Assembly: GCF_000281045.1 (NCBI RefSeq)
Contig: NW_008246083.1
Coordinates: 495,298 to 515,006 of the forward strand
DNA: 19,709 nt
Reading direction: 5' to 3'
Source: Saprolegnia diclina VS20
Taxonomy: Eukaryota
The notes beneath the pieces are model-generated. The model was not told the DNA's origin, did no database searches, and saw nothing but the letters and a program-made list of their open reading frames with translations. The translations under genes and the position numbers were made by a program. Below, one piece after another: positions 17,190 to 19,709 of the stretch. Numbering within the stretch: the first letter of the stretch is position 1; every line of letters starts with the position of its first letter.

Positions 17190-18166
17190 CTTGTTGTTGC
17201 TGCGGATTGGTTTGTTGAAAAGTGACGAGAGTGCGGCGACGGCCCAGACAGGCGCGTGACAACCATGTGGCAAAAATACAGTATTCAACACTTTTGTATT
17301 AAACACTTGGGCACGACCAACGAACGCGACGATACGGGCGACTGAACTGGTCAAAACGAGAGCCCACACCCCGCACGTATGGTCATGCACCGGTGTACAC
17401 TTGCTCGAGCTAGCAGACGCCTTGAGCATTATCATGACGTTCATATTTCAAGCACATACGAGGTTGTAGCGATGCCAAGACCGAATGCCTTACATCCTGC
17501 GTGCAAGCGCACAGAGCTCTGCCCTTGGAGGCAGTTGAAAAGGAGAGAAAACTCATGTGTTGGTTGCCAGTCATATCCCAGAAGACAGACACTGCCACGA
17601 CACTTGAACGACCCAGCCTTCTCCGACGAGCGCGGGTCTGCTGCCGCGCAGATTCTACTAGCTCGATGTCTGACAGGTGTTGTGGATGGAGCCATCGCCT
17701 TTCCAATCGTCTTGCTGCTAGAGCTGCAAAGCAAGGTGGGCACCACCGGAAAAGAAGGCGTTCCTTGTCCGGCGGCGCCATGCGACGGCTAGTGTTTAAA
17801 ACATCGTTTGAGCGGAAAAATACACATCCTGGCTCTGTCGCGGCATAGACACTGATGCGGGAAGACCGCCGCACGAGACGACGACGATGTTTCGGGCTCA
17901 GACATAAATGCAAACGTCTGGATGCGGTCTTTGCGCCAGATTCTAAAGGTCTTGTCGTGCACCACGGTCGCAGTGTTGCGATCAGATATGCTCCACGCCT
18001 CGCATCCAGGCCATCAGCACTCGCTTGGTTTTTGGCCACTGCACTCGGTCCCACGCATCCTGTCCTCTGACGCAAATGCAAAGTGAGCAGCGGTCGGTGG
18101 CCCGGCTAGACGATCTGGGTAGCACACGGTTTGCCGTTTCGCAAAAATTGCGATCTTTTGGCGGCG

Positions 18167-18178
18167 TTTGATTGGCTG
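18167..18178 (+). promoter_or_regulatory. CCAAT box (reverse orientation) upstream of the POT gene
   Basis: TTTGATTGGCTG matches the extended CCAAT/NF-Y motif and sits about 30 nt before ATG 18208. Confidence 0.45.
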
Positions 18179-18207
18179 CGGGTATCCGGATACGAGACCT
18201 GGCTGCG

Positions 18208-19709
18208 ATGGAGGAGCGCGGACAGCTCCTGCCAGCGCACCGACCGACGTCAGCCATGTGGAGCGTCGGCGCCTATGTGCTCCTGCTCGAGCTCGTCGAC
18301 GCGCTCACATACTATGGCATTAGCCAAGGCTTTAAAAACTTTATGCAGGCCAAGCTCGGTTATTCGCAGGTCGGTGCGAGCTCGCTTCGTAGCACATGGA
18401 CGAGCTTTTGCGACATTGTGCCGCTCGCGTCAGCGTACGTTGCCGACGAGCATCTTGGGCGCTTCCGCGCCATCCTCTTGGCCGGCGCCTGGTACGTCGG
18501 CGGCGTCTGCCTCTTGGTCATCGCGTCACACCCCGTGATGCTCGCCGAGTACAATGGCGTGGCCAACGTGTGTTTTCTGATGGCGATCTTTCTTGGCATC
18601 GGTCTTGGCAACGGCGGCTTTGACTCGAACGTGGTCGCTCTGGGTGCCGACCAATTCACTGGCGACGAGGACGCGCAGCAGCGCTTCTTCAGCTACTTTT
18701 ACCTGAGCATGAACATCGGGTCAACCGTCTCGTACGGGTACCTCGCCTACCTCTGCGTGCACGGCCTGGCTCCGATCGTACCGCCCGAGGCTGGGTATTT
18801 TGCCACCTTTGCCTTCTGCGGCGTTGCGCTTGTCCTCGCGCTCGGCGCGTTTCTGAAACAGTCGCACCGGTAGTGCGACTCGGACTCCTTTGACGACGCT
18901 ACACGAGTTGTGTAGGTTGATCCACACGCCGCCGACGCCCGGAGCATTGACGCGCACCGCCGCGCTCTTTGCAGCGCCGGCGCTTGCACCCATTGTGTGG
19001 GGACTGGGCTGCTTTTGGCTTTCATTTGTGCTCAACTTTGCAGCCGTCTTTGTCGACAACGCGGCGATGGCGTCGACGCTCACGTGCGCGGCCGCGGGAT
19101 GCATTGTCATGGGCATGAGTCTCTGGCTCAGAAACGCCACCGACAAGAAGGTCCTTGCGTCGGCGTGTCTCCAACTGGACCCAGCATTGGCCATGGACCT
19201 CAACCAAGTGCTAACGATCTTGCCCTTTGGCGTCTTTCAGATCGTCTGGAATGCAGTCTATGACCAGCTCGATGCGAATTTCCAGTCGGTCACGCAACAG
19301 TGCGACTTGCGCTGGGACCCGAACTCCGGTCGGCACGGCGCCCAAGTCCCCGGTGCCATGCTCGGAGTCTTTGACACGCTCGGCGTCGCACTCTGGATCC
19401 CGCTTCTCGACCACATTGTACACATGACTCCATACCAAAATGGACTAGGACACCCTTGAAATAGGTGTTGCCACGACTGCAAACAAGATATGGTTTTTGC
19501 GCCGTGGACAAGGTCGCAATAGGTCTCGTCCTCTCGAGTGCGACCATGGTCTGGGTCGGCCTCGTTGAGAGCTGGCGACGCTCGTCCTCCCCGATTGTCC
19601 TCGGCGACGGTCTCGGGCCGCTTCTGGACGATGGCACGCAGCAGCCAATGAACCATCTTTCGTGGCGCATGGCGGTCCCGGGGTATCTCCTCGTCGCGCT
19701 CTGCGAGTG
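18208..19709 (+). CDS. POT/PTR (proton-dependent oligopeptide transporter, MFS) family protein, 3' partial; exons 18208-18869, 18916-19417, 19465->19709
   Basis: Motifs AYVADEHLGRFRAI, LGADQF, RFFSYFYLSMNIGS, WNAVYDQ, QSVTQQCDL and VPGYLLVALCE. Introns 18870-18915 (46 nt, GTAGTG..GTGTAG) and 19418-19464 (47 nt, GTACAC..AAATAG) restore one reading frame that runs off the window end. Confidence 0.9.

Noticed and set aside
973..19709. Idea of a functional nutrient-scavenging cluster (proteases, POT, ZIP) or another multi-gene system
   Set aside because: The genes are separated by unrelated ones, lie on mixed strands and share no evident regulatory motif. The POT also lacks peptide-binding residues. 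Co-expression or conserved synteny would be needed.

Overview
Gene-dense eukaryotic DNA, almost certainly from an oomycete and probably Saprolegniales (Achlya/Saprolegnia-like). Evidence for this: GC-rich third codon positions, 43-55 nt GT-AG introns, oomycete INR/FPR core promoters (GCTCATTY..WTTT) just upstream of several ATGs, an elicitin-like gene and a protease-CBM1 fusion. About 12 protein-coding genes, in order: two tandem intronless secreted S1-type serine proteases (the second with a P/T/K/D linker and CBM1); a 2-exon multi-pass membrane protein (-); an atypical RBR-like E3 ligase with an extra C-terminal domain (+); two small hypothetical genes (-); a long-spacer C2H2/BED-like zinc finger plus coiled-coil protein (+); a 7-exon RCC1-repeat protein with a mitochondrial-type presequence (-); a 2xFN3-nucleoredoxin fusion (+); a 4-Cys GPI-type elicitin-like protein (+); a ZIP zinc/iron transporter (-); and a POT/PTR transporter cut by the window end (+). 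I found no rRNA, tRNA, CRISPR array or intact transposon, and no convincing multi-gene novel system. The best leads are at protein level: a POT transporter whose binding-site residues have shifted to acidic ones, the modified RBR ligase, the FN3-thioredoxin fusion and the transposase-like zinc finger. All family calls come from motifs recognised by eye, not from database searches.
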